Source: an uncultured Anaerolineales bacterium
Lineage (GTDB): Bacteria > Chloroflexota > Anaerolineae > Anaerolineales > UBA6663
Assembly (NCBI GenBank): GCA_964480865.1
Contig: CAYZRP010000009.1
Coordinates: 26,475 to 90,474 of the forward strand
Reading direction: 5' to 3'
Length of the DNA stretch: 64,000 nt
Positions 62,846 to 64,000 of the stretch are shown here, piece after piece; position 1 is the stretch's first letter, and every line of letters starts with the position of its first letter. The notes beneath the pieces are model-generated. The model searched no databases and was not told where the DNA came from. It saw nothing but the letters and a program-made list of their open reading frames with translations. The translations under genes and the position numbers were made by a program.

Positions 62846-64000
62846 ATGCCGGTTCATCCGAAAGTCGACGTCGTCACGGTGGGTGCGGGCTGGACGGCCG
62901 GGATCATGGCCTGGCGGCTAAGCGCGGCCGGGCTCAAAGTGGTCTCGCTGGAGCAAGGGCCAGCGCGTTGGGCGGATCCCGACTTCGTCCACAACCACGA
63001 CTCACTGCGCTACATGATCCGCAAGGCGATGATGGTCAACCTCGACAAGGAGAGTTGGACCTGGCGGCCGAACCCGCACGCGCCCTCATTGCCGATCCGG
63101 CAATACGGGTCCTTCCATCCCGGGCTCGGAGTCGGAGGAGCCGGGATTCATTGGGCCGCGCAGACCTGGCGCTTCTATCCCAGCGATATGCGCTACCGTT
63201 CGCACCACATCGAGCGCTATGGCGCCGACCGCATCCCCGACGGTTGCACCATCCAGGACTGGCCGCTCACGTACGAGGAACTCGAGCCGCACTACACACA
63301 AATGGAATATGACATCGGCGTGGCCGGTGTGGCCGGAAACCTGAATGGTGAAATCCAGCCGGGTGGAAATCCGTTTGAGGGTCCGCGCAGCAAGCCGTAT
63401 CCGCTCAAGCCGTTGGTGCCGAGCATTTCAGCCGAGATGTTCTCGAAGGCCTGCACCGATCTGGGGTTGCATCCGTTTCGTCAGCCAGCCGCGATCCTTT
63501 CGGAGGGCTATCAGGGGTTGGCGCTGAAGCCGCGCTCGGGTTGTCTGTACTGCGGCTTCTGTACGCGTTACGGCTGCGAGGTGGACGCCAAGGCCAGCGC
63601 CATCAACGTCCACATCCCTGTGGCGTTGAGCACCGGTCGCTATGACATCCGTACGCACAGCAAGGTTCTGCGGATCAATATCGGCTCTGATGGCCTGGCG
63701 ACTGGCGTCACCTACCTGGATCTCCTGACGAACGAGGAACATGAACAACCAGCCGACATCGTGGTGCTTTCGGCGTTCACGCTCGAGAACGTGCGCCTGA
63801 TGCTGCTGTCGCGTCAGGGCGCGCATGCCGACGGCATCGGCAATGACCGAGGGCTCGTGGGCAAGAACTACACGTATCAACTCAACCGTGGCACGGTCTC
63901 CGGCAGCTTTGAGGGCAGGCGCTTCAACCAGTACATGGGCAACAGTTGCCTGCAGAACGTCATGCACGACTACAACGCCGACAACTTCGATCACGGTCCG
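62846..64000 (+). CDS. GMC-family FAD-dependent oxidoreductase (dehydrogenase large subunit), 3'-truncated by the window edge
   Basis: This ORF is absent from the supplied track because it has no stop in the window. ATG 62846 follows GAAAGGA. N-terminal VDVVTVGAGWTAGIMAWRLSAAG (FAD GxGxxG), and the frame stays open to 64000. Confidence 0.85.
   Translation, partial: MPVHPKVDVVTVGAGWTAGIMAWRLSAAGLKVVSLEQGPARWADPDFVHNHDSLRYMIRKAMMVNLDKESWTWRPNPHAPSLPIRQYGSFHPGLGVGGAGIHWAAQTWRFYPSDMRYRSHHIERYGADRIPDGCTIQDWPLTYEELEPHYTQMEYDIGVAGVAGNLNGEIQPGGNPFEGPRSKPYPLKPLVPSISAEMFSKACTDLGLHPFRQPAAILSEGYQGLALKPRSGCLYCGFCTRYGCEVDAKASAINVHIPVALSTGRYDIRTHSKVLRINIGSDGLATGVTYLDLLTNEEHEQPADIVVLSAFTLENVRLMLLSRQGAHADGIGNDRGLVGKNYTYQLNRGTVSGSFEGRRFNQYMGNSCLQNVMHDYNADNFDHGP

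Overview
High-G+C bacterial chromosomal segment. By eye it holds about 58 protein-coding genes and one frameshifted gene. I found no rRNA, tRNA, CRISPR array, transposase or integrase. All family calls come from motif and family recognition on the translated ORFs; no searches were run.

Gene content, in order:
- cheW, at the left edge.
- A six-gene minus-strand block: five overlapping genes with Arn-like aminosugar/polyprenyl-phosphate glycosylation logic (GT-C, SAM-MTase, GT2, SDR, DegT aminotransferase), with an isoaspartyl peptidase gene following 12 nt downstream.
- Assorted small-molecule enzymes: LLM oxidoreductase, DHFR-like, GNATs, hydrolase and methyltransferases.
- A family-1 solute-binding protein with no signal peptide.
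- A MacB/FtsX-type ABC exporter divergent from an MFS transporter.
- Dense signalling content: a 1177-aa hybrid PAS kinase, a 2449-aa PAS/GAF HisKA_3 kinase, a multi-TM HisKA_3 kinase with a LuxR-type regulator, and two paralogous receiver-only proteins.
- Tandem Mhq-like ring-cleaving dioxygenases, one fused to a carboxylesterase.
- A cytosolic GH144-like protein with a HIT protein.
- A translationally coupled SRPBCC / acidic protein / Zn-ADH operon whose ADH is broken at a T7 run.
- A detoxification or resistance-like patch (amino-methyltransferase, VOC proteins, AAC(3)).
- A caa3-type cytochrome oxidase (subunit II fused to cytochrome c, subunit I fused to III), followed directly by a monoheme cytochrome c and a Tat-dependent flavoprotein (GMC) dehydrogenase that runs off the right edge.

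I found no recognisable defence, secretion or biosynthetic system that stands out as clearly novel. The most unusual non-coding signal is a 119-nt imperfect inverted repeat built from helically phased ACGAAT hexamers (20203-20321). Several other long, lower-GC intergenic regions carry repeats or RBS-sequestering complementarity. The gene repertoire is reminiscent of Chloroflexota-like environmental bacteria, but that is low-confidence inference.
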